Part shown: piece by piece, positions 11,315 through 22,210 of the stretch
Layout of the letters: each line of letters opens with the position of its first letter
Numbering within the stretch: the first letter of the stretch is position 1
Origin: an uncultured Gammaproteobacteria bacterium
GTDB lineage: Bacteria; Pseudomonadota; Gammaproteobacteria; Natronospirales; JAJUFS01
Assembly: GCA_964599565.1 (NCBI GenBank)
Contig: CAZRFE010000003.1
Span: 10,379 to 74,378, forward strand
DNA: 64,000 nucleotides
Reading direction: 5' to 3'
Made by a program: the position numbers and the translations under genes
The notes under the pieces: generated by a model
Told to the model about the DNA's origin: nothing
Database searches by the model: none
Seen by the model: the letters and a program-made list of their open reading frames with translations, nothing else

Positions 11315-11941
11315 CTAGCGCAGTTCCTGCTCGATTTCGGTCAGGCTGTTCTTGAATGACGCCCGGCGGAACATGCGCTCCGAGTATGCCTGCACGGCTT
11401 TCGCCTGCGGCGGCAACTCGATGCCGAAATGCGGCAGCCGCCACAGAACCGGAGCGATGCAGCAGTCGACAAGCGAGAACTCATCGCTGAGGAAGAACGG
11501 CTTCATCGAAAACGCATCGGCCGTTGCGGTCACCGCGTCGCGCAGTTCCTTCTTCGCCTTGTTGACCGCACTGCGATCACCGGCGTTCTCGATGGTGTCG
11601 ACCAGCGAGTACCAGTCCTGTTCGATGCGGTACATCGCGAGGCGGAAACGTGCACGGCTGACAGGATCGACAGGCATGAGCGGCGGATGCGGAAAGCGTT
11701 CGTCCAGGTATTCGACGATGGTGCGCACGTCATAGAGCACGAGTTCGCGGTCAACGAGTGTCGGAACCGTGTTGTAGGGGTTGAGATCGATCAGGTCTTC
11801 CGGCAGGTCATCCCCTTCGATATCGACGACGTCATACGTAATGCCCTTTTCCGCGAGCACGAACCGGACGCGGTGGCTGTGCGCGTCCGTCGGCCGTGAA
11901 AACAGGGTCATTACGGAGCGTCGACTGGTAATGACTGCCAT
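11315..11941 (-). CDS. sspA: Stringent starvation protein A (GST-like)
   Basis: MAVITSRRSVMTLFSRPTDAHSHRVRFVLAEKG aligns from residue 1 with E. coli SspA (MAVAANKRSVMTLFSGPTD...). Confidence 0.92.
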   Translation of the reverse strand: MAVITSRRSVMTLFSRPTDAHSHRVRFVLAEKGITYDVVDIEGDDLPEDLIDLNPYNTVPTLVDRELVLYDVRTIVEYLDERFPHPPLMPVDPVSRARFRLAMYRIEQDWYSLVDTIENAGDRSAVNKAKKELRDAVTATADAFSMKPFFLSDEFSLVDCCIAPVLWRLPHFGIELPPQAKAVQAYSERMFRRASFKNSLTEIEQELR

Positions 11942-12037
11942 GTGGAAATCTCCTGGTGTGGACTCTTGAAGCGGCGACCGGATCGTCGCGGCTTCGATCC
12001 CGGGTCCGGAGCCGCGCTGCGGCTCCGGACCGGATCA

Positions 12038-12787
12038 TCAGTGAATGTCCTTCCAGTATTCGCGCTTGAGGAAATACGCGAACAGGAAGAACACGAGCAG
12101 GAAGGTCAGCACTCCAATGCCGACGGACTGCCGTTCCAGCTTGACGGGCTCGCTGGCGTATTCGAGGAAATTGACGATGTCGCGAACCACCTCGTCGTAC
12201 TCCTCGGGTTCGAGCGCGCCGCCTTCCGGCGCATCGAAACGAACGAAGTCCTTGCGATTGTTGCCGTCTTCATCAACGACGTCGACGAACACCGCTTCCT
12301 GGTAACCCTGCAATGGCGCAAGCACGTGCGGCATGCTGGCGTTGGGCAGCACAAGGTTGTTGACGCCGATCGACCGCGAATCATCACGATAGAAGCTGCG
12401 CAGGTATGTATAGATCCAGTCGGCGCCGCGCGAACGTGCCGTCAGCGAAAGATCCGGCGGCGTCTTGCCGAACCAGCGTTCCGCATCGGCATCGTTCATT
12501 GGAATGACCATCATCTCGGTCGGCTTCTCGGCCGTGAACATCAGGTTGTTCATCAGCTGTTCTTCCGTGAGTCCGAGATCGTCGATCAGGCTCTCGTAAC
12601 GAACGTACTTCAGCGAATGGCAGCCCAGACAGTAGTTCACGAAGTATTTCGCGCCACGCTGCAGCGAAGCCTTGTTCGCCAGCGAGTTGCCGGGCTGATC
12701 AAGATGCACGCCGCTGTCCGCGGCGGATGCGACGAACGGAACAAGCGGCGCGCCTGCCAGCAGCAGGCCAAGAATCATTCTTTTCAT
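12038..12787 (-). CDS. petC: Cytochrome c1 (bc1 complex)
   Basis: Signal peptide MKRMILGLLLAGAPLVPFVASA, heme motif CLGCHS, C-terminal TM anchor. ATGA overlap with petB stop. Confidence 0.87.
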   Translation of the reverse strand: MKRMILGLLLAGAPLVPFVASAADSGVHLDQPGNSLANKASLQRGAKYFVNYCLGCHSLKYVRYESLIDDLGLTEEQLMNNLMFTAEKPTEMMVIPMNDADAERWFGKTPPDLSLTARSRGADWIYTYLRSFYRDDSRSIGVNNLVLPNASMPHVLAPLQGYQEAVFVDVVDEDGNNRKDFVRFDAPEGGALEPEEYDEVVRDIVNFLEYASEPVKLERQSVGIGVLTFLLVFFLFAYFLKREYWKDIH

Positions 12788-14211
12788 TCGAACGTCACCC
12801 TTTCCGGAACCGGTTTCGACTCGTTCAATCGCGTGAACGCCGGCAGCAGCAGGAATCCGGCCGTGTACAGCGCGGGAATCAGCCACATCTTCATCATCAG
12901 CGCGGCGTTCGCCGCATCCCAGCGCACCACGTCAAGCAGCGTGATCACGACCAGCGCCGCGAGTGTCGCGCCGAACAGGAACTTGCGCGTGCGAACCTTC
13001 GAGTACGCCCACGAGATGAAGAAGAACAGGAAATAGATTTCCGCGAAGCGCAGCGCAAGCTCGGAGTACAGCCGGGTCGGCGGCTTGAGTCCGAGGTAGC
13101 CGAGCACGATGAACGTCGCTGCAAACAGGATCACCAGCAGCTTGTACAGCGTGCCGCGGTAACGCATCGACTTCACCGGGTTGCGATCCAGCCATGGCAG
13201 CAGGAACAGGAGGAAGATCGCCGCTCCCATTGCAATGACGCCGAGCAGCTTGTCCGGTACCGCGCGGAGAATCGCGTAGAACGGCGTGAAGTACCACACC
13301 GGCGCGATGTGTTCCGGGGTCACGAGCGGATTCGCCGGCTCGAAGTTGGCATGTTCGAGGAAGTAGCCGCCCATCTCGGGCGCAAAGAACACGACGACCG
13401 CAAACAGCATCGCGAACACGATGATGCCGACGAGATCCTTGATCGTGTAATACGGATGGAACGGAATGCCGTCGATCGGCTTGCCATCCGCGCCCTTCGT
13501 CTTCTTGATCTCAATGCCGTCCGGGTTGCTCGAACCGTTGTGACGCAGCGCGACGAGATGGAACACGACGAGCAGGATAAGGATCAGCGGCATCGCGATG
13601 ACGTGCAGCGCGAAGAACCGGTTCAGCGTGATGTCGGAGATCGCGAAGTCGCCGCGTATCCACGTGGCAAGCGGCTCGCCGATCTTCGGAATCGCGCCGA
13701 ACAGCGAGATGATCACCTGTGCGCCCCAGTACGACATCTGGCCCCACGGCAACAGGTAGCCCATGAAGGCCTCCGCCATGAGCGCGACGTACACGAGCAT
13801 GCCGAATATCCACAGCAGTTCGCGCGGCGCCTTGTAGGAGCCGTACATCACGCCGCGGAACATGTGCAGGTAGACGACGACGAAGAACGCCGATGCGCCG
13901 GTCGAGTGCATGTAGCGGATCAGCCAGCCCCACTCCACGTCGCGCATGATGTATTCGACGGACGCGAACGCTTCGGCCGCGGACGGCTTGTAGCTCATGG
14001 TGAGGAAGATGCCCGTGACGATCTGGTTCACGAACACGACCAGCGACAGCACGCCGAAGTAGTACCAGAAGTTGAAGTTCTTCGGCGCGTAGTAATCGTG
14101 CAGCTGGCTGCGCATGAACGACGTCATCGGCATGCGATCGTCGATCCAGGCGATGAAGCGGTTCCAGCCGGCCGCGATGTTGTCGAAATAATCCTGGTTA
14201 GCGCGCATCAC
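12784..14211 (-). CDS. petB: Cytochrome b (bc1 complex)
   Basis: 475 aa; typical cytochrome b N-terminus (YYAPKNFNFWYYFG, heme-ligand His in helices B/D). Lies between petA and petC. Confidence 0.92.
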   Translation of the reverse strand: MMRANQDYFDNIAAGWNRFIAWIDDRMPMTSFMRSQLHDYYAPKNFNFWYYFGVLSLVVFVNQIVTGIFLTMSYKPSAAEAFASVEYIMRDVEWGWLIRYMHSTGASAFFVVVYLHMFRGVMYGSYKAPRELLWIFGMLVYVALMAEAFMGYLLPWGQMSYWGAQVIISLFGAIPKIGEPLATWIRGDFAISDITLNRFFALHVIAMPLILILLVVFHLVALRHNGSSNPDGIEIKKTKGADGKPIDGIPFHPYYTIKDLVGIIVFAMLFAVVVFFAPEMGGYFLEHANFEPANPLVTPEHIAPVWYFTPFYAILRAVPDKLLGVIAMGAAIFLLFLLPWLDRNPVKSMRYRGTLYKLLVILFAATFIVLGYLGLKPPTRLYSELALRFAEIYFLFFFISWAYSKVRTRKFLFGATLAALVVITLLDVVRWDAANAALMMKMWLIPALYTAGFLLLPAFTRLNESKPVPERVTFE

Positions 14212-14804
14212 GCAGCCCCTCCGTCTTCGCCGATCAGCAGCGTGCCTTCATTGAGATAACGGTGCGGCGGCACCTGCAGGTTGAGCGGCGCAGGCACGCC
14301 CTTGTAGACACGACCGGCGAGGTCGAACTTCGAGCCGTGGCAGGGGCAGAAGAACCCGCCGTTCCAGTCGCGGCCGAGATCCGCCGGCGCAACTTCGGGA
14401 CGATAGGTCGGCGAACAACCGAGGTGCGTGCAGTTCGAGACAACGACGAAATACTCGGGCTTGATGGAGCGCAGCTCGTTGGAAGCGTACTCCGGCTGCT
14501 GCGGTTCCTGCGACATCGGGTCGCGCAGCGTCTCGTCGCCGAGCTCGAGCGTGGCCTGCTGCATTGCCTGCGTGCGACGGACGATCGCGATGGCGCGACC
14601 CCGCCACTCGACCTTGACGATGCCGCCCGGTTCGATCTTGCTGATGTCCACTTCCACCGGTGCACCGGCGGCGCGGGCGCGATCGCTGGGCTGCATGGAA
14701 GCGACGAAAGGCACGGCGGCTGCCACAACACCAACGCCACCGACAACGGAAGTGGCAACGGTGAGGAAATGGCGCCTGGTGAGGTCAACGCCGTCAGTAC
14801 TCAT
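14208..14804 (-). CDS. petA: Ubiquinol-cytochrome c reductase Rieske iron-sulfur subunit
   Basis: Tat-type N-terminus MSTDGVDLTRRHFL; Rieske boxes CTHLGC and CPCHGS. ATG 14804. Confidence 0.92.
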   Translation of the reverse strand: MSTDGVDLTRRHFLTVATSVVGGVGVVAAAVPFVASMQPSDRARAAGAPVEVDISKIEPGGIVKVEWRGRAIAIVRRTQAMQQATLELGDETLRDPMSQEPQQPEYASNELRSIKPEYFVVVSNCTHLGCSPTYRPEVAPADLGRDWNGGFFCPCHGSKFDLAGRVYKGVPAPLNLQVPPHRYLNEGTLLIGEDGGAA

Positions 14805-14884
14805 CCACGGGTCTCCTGAGGCAAACGCTAAGCGATTGATTCGATTTGATTTGGAGTTATGCATGCCGAGGCATGGAATGCGGC

Positions 14885-14914
14885 ATTATACACGCTCGTT
14901 CGCGCGACTGGCCA
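14885..14914 (-). promoter_or_regulatory. Candidate sigma-70 promoter for petABC
   Basis: Minus strand: TGGCCA, 18 nt, perfect TATAAT (14890-14885), ~80 nt upstream of the petA ATG. A CATGCC-GA-GGCATG palindrome (14862-14875) lies just downstream. Confidence 0.3.
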
Positions 14915-14974
14915 CACAGAGAGCACTGGAAACGCGCCGTTCCTGCTGACGCTCACAGGGACGCGTGCTAGCTT

Positions 14975-16093
14975 ATGCCCATGAATCAACTGAAAAAAAC
15001 GCTCGTGTTCCTGTTCCATTCCATCACGCTCGGGCTGGCGCTCGCGTTCGTCGCGGTCTGGCTGCGCCCCGATCTGCTGAACGGCGCGCACCAACCTGAG
15101 CCGCTGGCGAACTCGTTCCAGGCAGCGGTACGCGCAACGGCGCCGTCCGTCGTCAACATCCATTCCGCGCGCCAGGTACAGGATCACGTGGCGCCGTGGA
15201 GCGACAACCCGCAGCTGGAACGTTACTTCGGGGACGCGCTCTCGCCGGAGCCGATAGAAACGACGCTGGGCTCAGGGGTGATCGTCCGGCCCGAGGGTTA
15301 CATCCTGACGAACAATCACGTCATCAGTGGCGCGGATGCGATCCAGGTTGCCCTCGCCGATGGCAGGATCGTGCCGGCCGATATCGTCGGCACCGACGCC
15401 GATACCGATCTCGCGCTGCTCCACGTCTCGCTCGAAAACCTGCCCGCCATTGCGCTCGGGCGGTCGGACGACATCGAAGTCGGCGACATCGTGCTCGCGA
15501 TCGGCAATCCGTTCGGCATCGGGCAGACCGTCACGCAGGGAATCGTCAGCGCGACGGGACGCAACTACATCGGCCATGCGACCTTCGAGAACTTCATACA
15601 GACCGATGCCGCCATCAATCCCGGCAACTCCGGCGGCGCGCTGATCAATACGCGCGGCGAACTCATCGGCGTGAATTCCGCGATCTTCTCGCGCTCCACG
15701 GGCTCGAACGGAATCGGTTTTGCAGTGCCGGTGAATCTCGCGCGCGGCGTACTCGTTCAGTTGATCGAGCACGGGCGGGTGATTCGCGGCTGGCTGGGCG
15801 TCGATCCGCAGGATCTCACGCCGGAACTTGCCGAAGCCTTCGGGCTGCCGGAAACGAACGGCATCATCGTGCGCGATGTGTATCGCGGCAGCCCGGCCGA
15901 AGCGGCAGGACTCGAACGCGGCGACGCCATCACGCATCTGAATGACGATCCTGTTGCGAACGCGCGCGAAGCATTGACGATCATCGCATCCACGCAACCG
16001 GGTGAAACCGTGCGCATCCGCGGTGTGCGTCGCGGCCAGCCGTTCGTTACCCGCGCAACGGTCATCGAACGCGCGCCGGTCATCGGCAGTTGA
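14975..16093 (+). CDS. degS: DegS/AlgW-type S1C serine endoprotease (TM anchor, trypsin domain, one PDZ)
   Basis: N-terminal TM helix, catalytic motifs TNNHV / DLALL / GNSGGAL, single C-terminal PDZ. Located next to murA as algW is in Pseudomonas. Confidence 0.8.
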   Translation: MPMNQLKKTLVFLFHSITLGLALAFVAVWLRPDLLNGAHQPEPLANSFQAAVRATAPSVVNIHSARQVQDHVAPWSDNPQLERYFGDALSPEPIETTLGSGVIVRPEGYILTNNHVISGADAIQVALADGRIVPADIVGTDADTDLALLHVSLENLPAIALGRSDDIEVGDIVLAIGNPFGIGQTVTQGIVSATGRNYIGHATFENFIQTDAAINPGNSGGALINTRGELIGVNSAIFSRSTGSNGIGFAVPVNLARGVLVQLIEHGRVIRGWLGVDPQDLTPELAEAFGLPETNGIIVRDVYRGSPAEAAGLERGDAITHLNDDPVANAREALTIIASTQPGETVRIRGVRRGQPFVTRATVIERAPVIGS

Positions 16094-16106
16094 TCTGATT
16101 CGCCAC

Positions 16107-16136
16107 AAAAAAAGCCGGGCTCGCCCGGCTTTTTTT
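16107..16136. terminator. Bidirectional rho-independent terminator
   Basis: AAAAAAAGCCGGGC-tc-GCCCGGCTTTTTTT between the convergent degS and murA. Confidence 0.7.
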
Positions 16137-16152
16137 GTTCGTCATCGGCGTT

Positions 16153-17695
<1,543 letters not shown>

Positions 17696-17839
17696 GAAAT
17701 TCCCGTGAACGCTGCGTTGCGATGAAGTGAAATCAGGGGCGCACATCATACCTTATAGAAAGGTGTGCACACAGACGCGCTGGCCAGCACCCGGAGCAGC
17801 CGATATCATGCCGCCCTCCTCACGTACCGGAACCTGTCG

Positions 17840-18808
17840 ATGCTGATTGACCTTGCCGCCATCGCGGCCGGATTCGTCCTGCTTGTGTGGGCAGCGGATC
17901 GCTTCGTCAGCGGAGCCGCGGGTGTCGCGCGCGCCCTGGGCGTGTCGCCCATGATCGTCGGCCTGACGATTGTCGGGTTCGGCACCGCCGCGCCGGAGAT
18001 CCTGGTATCGGCAATGGCCGCGCTCGCGGGCAATCCCGCTCTCGGGATCGGCAACGCCATCGGCTCGAACATCACGAACATCGCACTGATCCTCGGGACG
18101 GCAGCCCTCGTCGCCCCGCTCACCGTGCGCTCGGCAACCCTGCGGCGGGAATTGCCCGTCCTCGCAGGCATCATGCTGGTCAGCCTTGGACTGCTGATGG
18201 ACGGTGAACTGGAACGCATCGACGGCGTCGTGCTGCTCACGGGACTTGTCGCATTCATCGGCTGGCTGATCCATCTCGCGCGCCGCTCGACGAACGACGA
18301 CCCGATCGCCGAGGAATTCATGGCGGAAATGCCGGCGCCGATAACGCTGCCGGCAGCGCTGCTCTGGCTCGCCGTCGGTCTCATCGTATTGCTGGTCAGT
18401 TCGCGCCTGCTGGTCTGGGGCGCGGTGAATCTCGCGACCACGCTCGGCATCAGCGATCTCGTCATCGGACTGACGGTTGTTGCAATCGGCACCAGCCTTC
18501 CCGAACTCGCCGCTTCCGTCATCGCCGCACGGCGCGGCGAACATGACATTGCCGTCGGCAACGTGCTCGGTTCGAACATATTCAACCTGCTCGCGGTCAT
18601 GGGCCTGCCAGGCGTCATTCGCCCCGGCGCGATTCCCGGCGCGGTGCTCACGCGCGATTTCCCGATCATGATCGGCCTGACGCTCGCGTTCTTCTTCCTC
18701 GCCTGGGGCGTCGGCAAGCGCGGGTATCTTTCCCGCTTCTCCGCTGCGCTGCTGCTGGCGAGTTTCGGGGCGTATCAGCTCATTCTCTATTTCGGTATCC
18801 TCACCTGA
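17840..18808 (+). CDS. yrbG: Ca2+/Na+ antiporter family (CaCA) membrane protein YrbG
   Basis: Two alpha-repeat motifs (GLTIVGFGTAAPEI and GLTVVAIGTSLPEL); 322 aa from ATG 17840. Upstream of kdsD as in E. coli. Confidence 0.82.
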   Translation: MLIDLAAIAAGFVLLVWAADRFVSGAAGVARALGVSPMIVGLTIVGFGTAAPEILVSAMAALAGNPALGIGNAIGSNITNIALILGTAALVAPLTVRSATLRRELPVLAGIMLVSLGLLMDGELERIDGVVLLTGLVAFIGWLIHLARRSTNDDPIAEEFMAEMPAPITLPAALLWLAVGLIVLLVSSRLLVWGAVNLATTLGISDLVIGLTVVAIGTSLPELAASVIAARRGEHDIAVGNVLGSNIFNLLAVMGLPGVIRPGAIPGAVLTRDFPIMIGLTLAFFFLAWGVGKRGYLSRFSAALLLASFGAYQLILYFGILT

Positions 18809-18820
18809 CGTTTCCAGGAC

Positions 18821-19822
18821 ATGAAAATGACGAACGACAGCCGCAAGCACGCACCCGACCGGCGCTTCGTGCATAACGGTCGCGAGGTCATCGAAACCGA
18901 GGCGTCTGCAATCACCGCGCTCGCCGGCCGGCTTGATGAAGGATTCGAGCGCGCCTGCGAGATCTGCCTTGCATGCCGCGGCCGCGTCGTGGTCGTCGGC
19001 ATGGGCAAGTCGGGACACATCGGCGGCAAGATCGCCGCAACGCTCGCAAGCACCGGCACACCAGCTTTCTTCGTGCATCCCGGCGAAGCCTCGCACGGCG
19101 ACCTCGGCATGATCACCGGCGAAGACGTGGTGCTGGCGATTTCGAATTCCGGCGAAACCGCGGAAATCCTGACCATCCTGCCGCTCATCAAGCGTCTCGG
19201 CGTGCCGCTGATCAGCATGACCGGCAACCCCGGATCTTCGCTCGCGACAAATGCCGATGTGAATCTCGATGTCAGCGTTGCAAAGGAAGCGTGCCCGCTG
19301 AATCTCGCGCCGACCGCAAGCACGACGGCAACGCTCGCGATGGGCGATGCGCTGGCCGTCGCGCTGCTCGAGGCACGTGGCTTCACGGCGGAAGATTTCG
19401 CGCGCTCGCATCCTGGCGGTTCGCTCGGCCGGCGGCTGCTGTTGCACGTCGCAGACCTGATGCACACGGATGATGAAATACCGCGCGTGACGCCCGATGT
19501 CCTGCTGAGCGAAGCGCTGTTCGAGATGACGCGCAAGGGCCTCGGCATGACGGCGATCGTTGATGATGCGGGTCGCGTGCTAGGCATCTTCACCGATGGC
19601 GACCTGCGCCGCACGCTCGACCGGCGCCTCGACGTGCATGCGACACCCGTTTCGGCGGCGATGACGCCGGGCGGCAGGACGATCGGCGCACACGAGCTTG
19701 CCGCCGAAGCGCTGAAGCTGATGGACGACCACAAGATCAATGCGTTGCTCGTCGTCGATGCGGACAAGCGCCTGATCGGTGCCCTGAACATGCACGATCT
19801 GCTGCGTGCCGGCATTGTCTGA
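18821..19822 (+). CDS. kdsD: Arabinose-5-phosphate isomerase
   Basis: SIS domain (VVVVGMGKSGHIGGKIAATLASTGTPAFFVHP) followed by tandem CBS domains; kdsD-kdsC-lptCAB synteny. Confidence 0.92.
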   Translation: MKMTNDSRKHAPDRRFVHNGREVIETEASAITALAGRLDEGFERACEICLACRGRVVVVGMGKSGHIGGKIAATLASTGTPAFFVHPGEASHGDLGMITGEDVVLAISNSGETAEILTILPLIKRLGVPLISMTGNPGSSLATNADVNLDVSVAKEACPLNLAPTASTTATLAMGDALAVALLEARGFTAEDFARSHPGGSLGRRLLLHVADLMHTDDEIPRVTPDVLLSEALFEMTRKGLGMTAIVDDAGRVLGIFTDGDLRRTLDRRLDVHATPVSAAMTPGGRTIGAHELAAEALKLMDDHKINALLVVDADKRLIGALNMHDLLRAGIV

Positions 19823-19833
19823 AGGAACGCACG

Positions 19834-20352
19834 ATGGAACTTCGCACGATCCACGCCATCGCCCGCCGCCTGAAGCTCGTCGTGTTCGACGTCGACGGCG
19901 TTCTCACGGACGGCTCGCTCTACTACGGCGCAGAGGGCGAAAGCATCAAGGTGTTCAATGTGCGTGACGGGCATGGCATGAAGGCCTTGCAGCGTCACGG
20001 TATTGAAGTCGCGATCATCACGGGCCGCAGTTCGAAGATGACGCACGCGCGCGCGCGTGATCTCGGCATCACGCTGCTTGTGCAGGGACGCGAAGACAAG
20101 GGCGCGGCGCTCGATGAAATGCTGGCGAAGACCGGCATTTCCGCGAACGATGTCGCCTACATGGGCGATGACGTCGTCGACATCGCCGCCATGAAAAAGG
20201 TCGCGCTCGCACTCACCGTCGAGGACGCGCATCCCGACGTGATCCCTGTCGCGCACTGGCGTTCGCGTCATCGCGGCGGCCGCGGCGCGGTGCGTGAAGC
20301 GTGCGACCTGCTGCTCGCTGCACGGGCCGGGGAAGCCGGGACTGATGCGTGA
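19834..20352 (+). CDS. kdsC: 3-deoxy-D-manno-octulosonate 8-phosphate phosphatase
   Basis: HAD motif LVVFDVDGVLTDG and MGDDVVD; 172 aa; synteny. Confidence 0.88.
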   Translation: MELRTIHAIARRLKLVVFDVDGVLTDGSLYYGAEGESIKVFNVRDGHGMKALQRHGIEVAIITGRSSKMTHARARDLGITLLVQGREDKGAALDEMLAKTGISANDVAYMGDDVVDIAAMKKVALALTVEDAHPDVIPVAHWRSRHRGGRGAVREACDLLLAARAGEAGTDA

Positions 20353-20920
20353 GCGATTCCGTCACCTGCCCGCCGCCAGCCGCGCACTGGTCATCATGGT
20401 TCTCGCCGCTGCGGGTATCGCAAGCTGGTGGTGGCTGGGCGAGCAGCGCGCTGTCGCGCCGGCCGTGACGGAAACACCGCGCCATCCTGACAGTTACTTT
20501 CGCGATCTCGACCTGACCGGGCATGATGTGAATGGCCGGCCCGACATGCACGTGACCGCAACCTACGCCGAACATTTCGAAGACGAACCCTGGATTCACC
20601 TGCACGATCTTCGTGCACGCAGCGCAGAAGACGGCCCGGTGTGGCAGCTCACGGCAGAGCGCGGACGCATGACGGATGACGGCGTGACACTGGAAACGTG
20701 GGGCAACGTCGTGCTGGTCCGCGGCGATGCGGATGACACACCGATGCAACTGCATACCGAGCGATTGACGGTGAACACCGAAACGGAACTGGCGGTGACG
20801 GATGCCGCCGTGCGGATCACGCATGGCACCGGCGAGATCTCCGGTCGCGGGTTGCGCGTGTCGCTCGCCGACGATCGCATGGAGATCGAATCCGACGTGG
20901 AGGCGCGCTATGGAAAGTAA
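20345..20920 (+). CDS. lptC: LPS export protein LptC
   Basis: 191 aa from ATG 20345 (overlaps kdsC stop). N-terminal TM anchor followed by a beta-jellyroll-sized periplasmic domain. Position between kdsC and lptA. Confidence 0.72.
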   Translation: MRERFRHLPAASRALVIMVLAAAGIASWWWLGEQRAVAPAVTETPRHPDSYFRDLDLTGHDVNGRPDMHVTATYAEHFEDEPWIHLHDLRARSAEDGPVWQLTAERGRMTDDGVTLETWGNVVLVRGDADDTPMQLHTERLTVNTETELAVTDAAVRITHGTGEISGRGLRVSLADDRMEIESDVEARYGK

Positions 20921-21401
20921 TGCGAAGGCACTGTTCGCGCTCATGCTGTGCGCGCTGCCGGTCGCAACGCACGCAGGCGACGCGGATGCGCCGCTTACCG
21001 TTGAATCGGTGCGCGTGGAAGCTGATCGCGGCAAGGAAATTTCCGTGTTCAGCGGCGACGTGCGCCTGGACAAGGGCAGCATTCACATCGAGGCGGACGA
21101 GGCGCGCCTGCGTGCCCGCGATGGCGAAGTCCAGGAAGGCACGCTGATCGGGCAGCCGGTGACCTTTCGCCAGCAACCCGAGGACGCCGCGCCGATCACG
21201 GGCGAAGCAGGACGCATCGAATACGACGCGGTGAATCGCGTCGTCGTGCTCACCGGCGGCGCGTGGATCCGCCAGGGCACCGACGAATTCCGCGGCGAAA
21301 CGATCCGCTACGATCTCGACGCGAGCAAGGTGCTCGCCACCTCATCGGAATCCGTCGACGAGCGCGTGAAGATCATCTTCCAGCCGAAGGAAGAGAAATA
21401 G
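20910..21401 (+). CDS. lptA: LPS export periplasmic protein LptA
   Basis: Signal peptide [22 protein letters not shown] followed by an OstA-like domain ([37 protein letters not shown]). Confidence 0.82.
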   Translation: MESNAKALFALMLCALPVATHAGDADAPLTVESVRVEADRGKEISVFSGDVRLDKGSIHIEADEARLRARDGEVQEGTLIGQPVTFRQQPEDAAPITGEAGRIEYDAVNRVVVLTGGAWIRQGTDEFRGETIRYDLDASKVLATSSESVDERVKIIFQPKEEK

Positions 21402-21402
21402 C

Positions 21403-22128
21403 ATGGCCGTCCTCGAAGCGCGCGACCTCGTCAAGCGTTACCGCGATCGCACCGTCGTCAACGGCGTTTCGCTGCGCGTGGAAAGCGGCGAGATCGTCGG
21501 GCTGCTGGGACCGAACGGCGCCGGCAAGACCACATCCTTTTACATGATCGTCGGCCTCGTTCCGCGCGACGGCGGCAGTATCCGGCTCGACGATACGGAC
21601 CTGAGCCACCTCCCCGTGCACGCCCGCGCCCGTCTGGGCGTCGGCTACCTGCCGCAGGAAGCTTCCGTGTTCCGCAAGCTCAGCGTCGCGGACAACATCA
21701 TGGCCATCCTCGAGACGCGCGCGGACCTTGATCGCGCCGGTCGCGAGCGGGCGCTGGAAGAACTGCTGGAAGACCTCCACATTGCGCACGTGCGCGACAC
21801 CGCCGGCATCAGTCTTTCGGGCGGCGAGCGGCGACGCGTGGAAATTGCCCGCGCGCTGGCGGCGGAGCCGCGCTTCGTGCTGCTCGATGAGCCGTTCGCG
21901 GGCGTCGATCCGATTTCCGTCATCGACATCCAGCGGATCGTCGAACACCTCAAGGCGCGGGGAATCGGGGTACTGATCACCGACCACAACGTCCGCGAGA
22001 CGCTGGGCATCTGCGAGCGCGCCTATATCATCAGCCAGGGCAAGGTGATTGCTGCAGGGACAGCAGAAGAAATATTGCAAAATCAGGAAGTTAGAGACGT
22101 GTACCTGGGCAAGGATTTTAGGCTATAA
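21403..22128 (+). CDS. lptB: LPS export ABC transporter ATPase LptB
   Basis: Walker [10 protein letters not shown], signature LSGGERRR, Walker B VLLDEP; 241 aa. Confidence 0.95.
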   Translation: MAVLEARDLVKRYRDRTVVNGVSLRVESGEIVGLLGPNGAGKTTSFYMIVGLVPRDGGSIRLDDTDLSHLPVHARARLGVGYLPQEASVFRKLSVADNIMAILETRADLDRAGRERALEELLEDLHIAHVRDTAGISLSGGERRRVEIARALAAEPRFVLLDEPFAGVDPISVIDIQRIVEHLKARGIGVLITDHNVRETLGICERAYIISQGKVIAAGTAEEILQNQEVRDVYLGKDFRL

Positions 22129-22210
22129 CTACAGGCAGAGCATTACGCAAACGTGCTGCGCAAGGCGGCCGTCGGGACTGCCCTCCGGGGCCGGAGCACC
22201 AGAACCTTTC

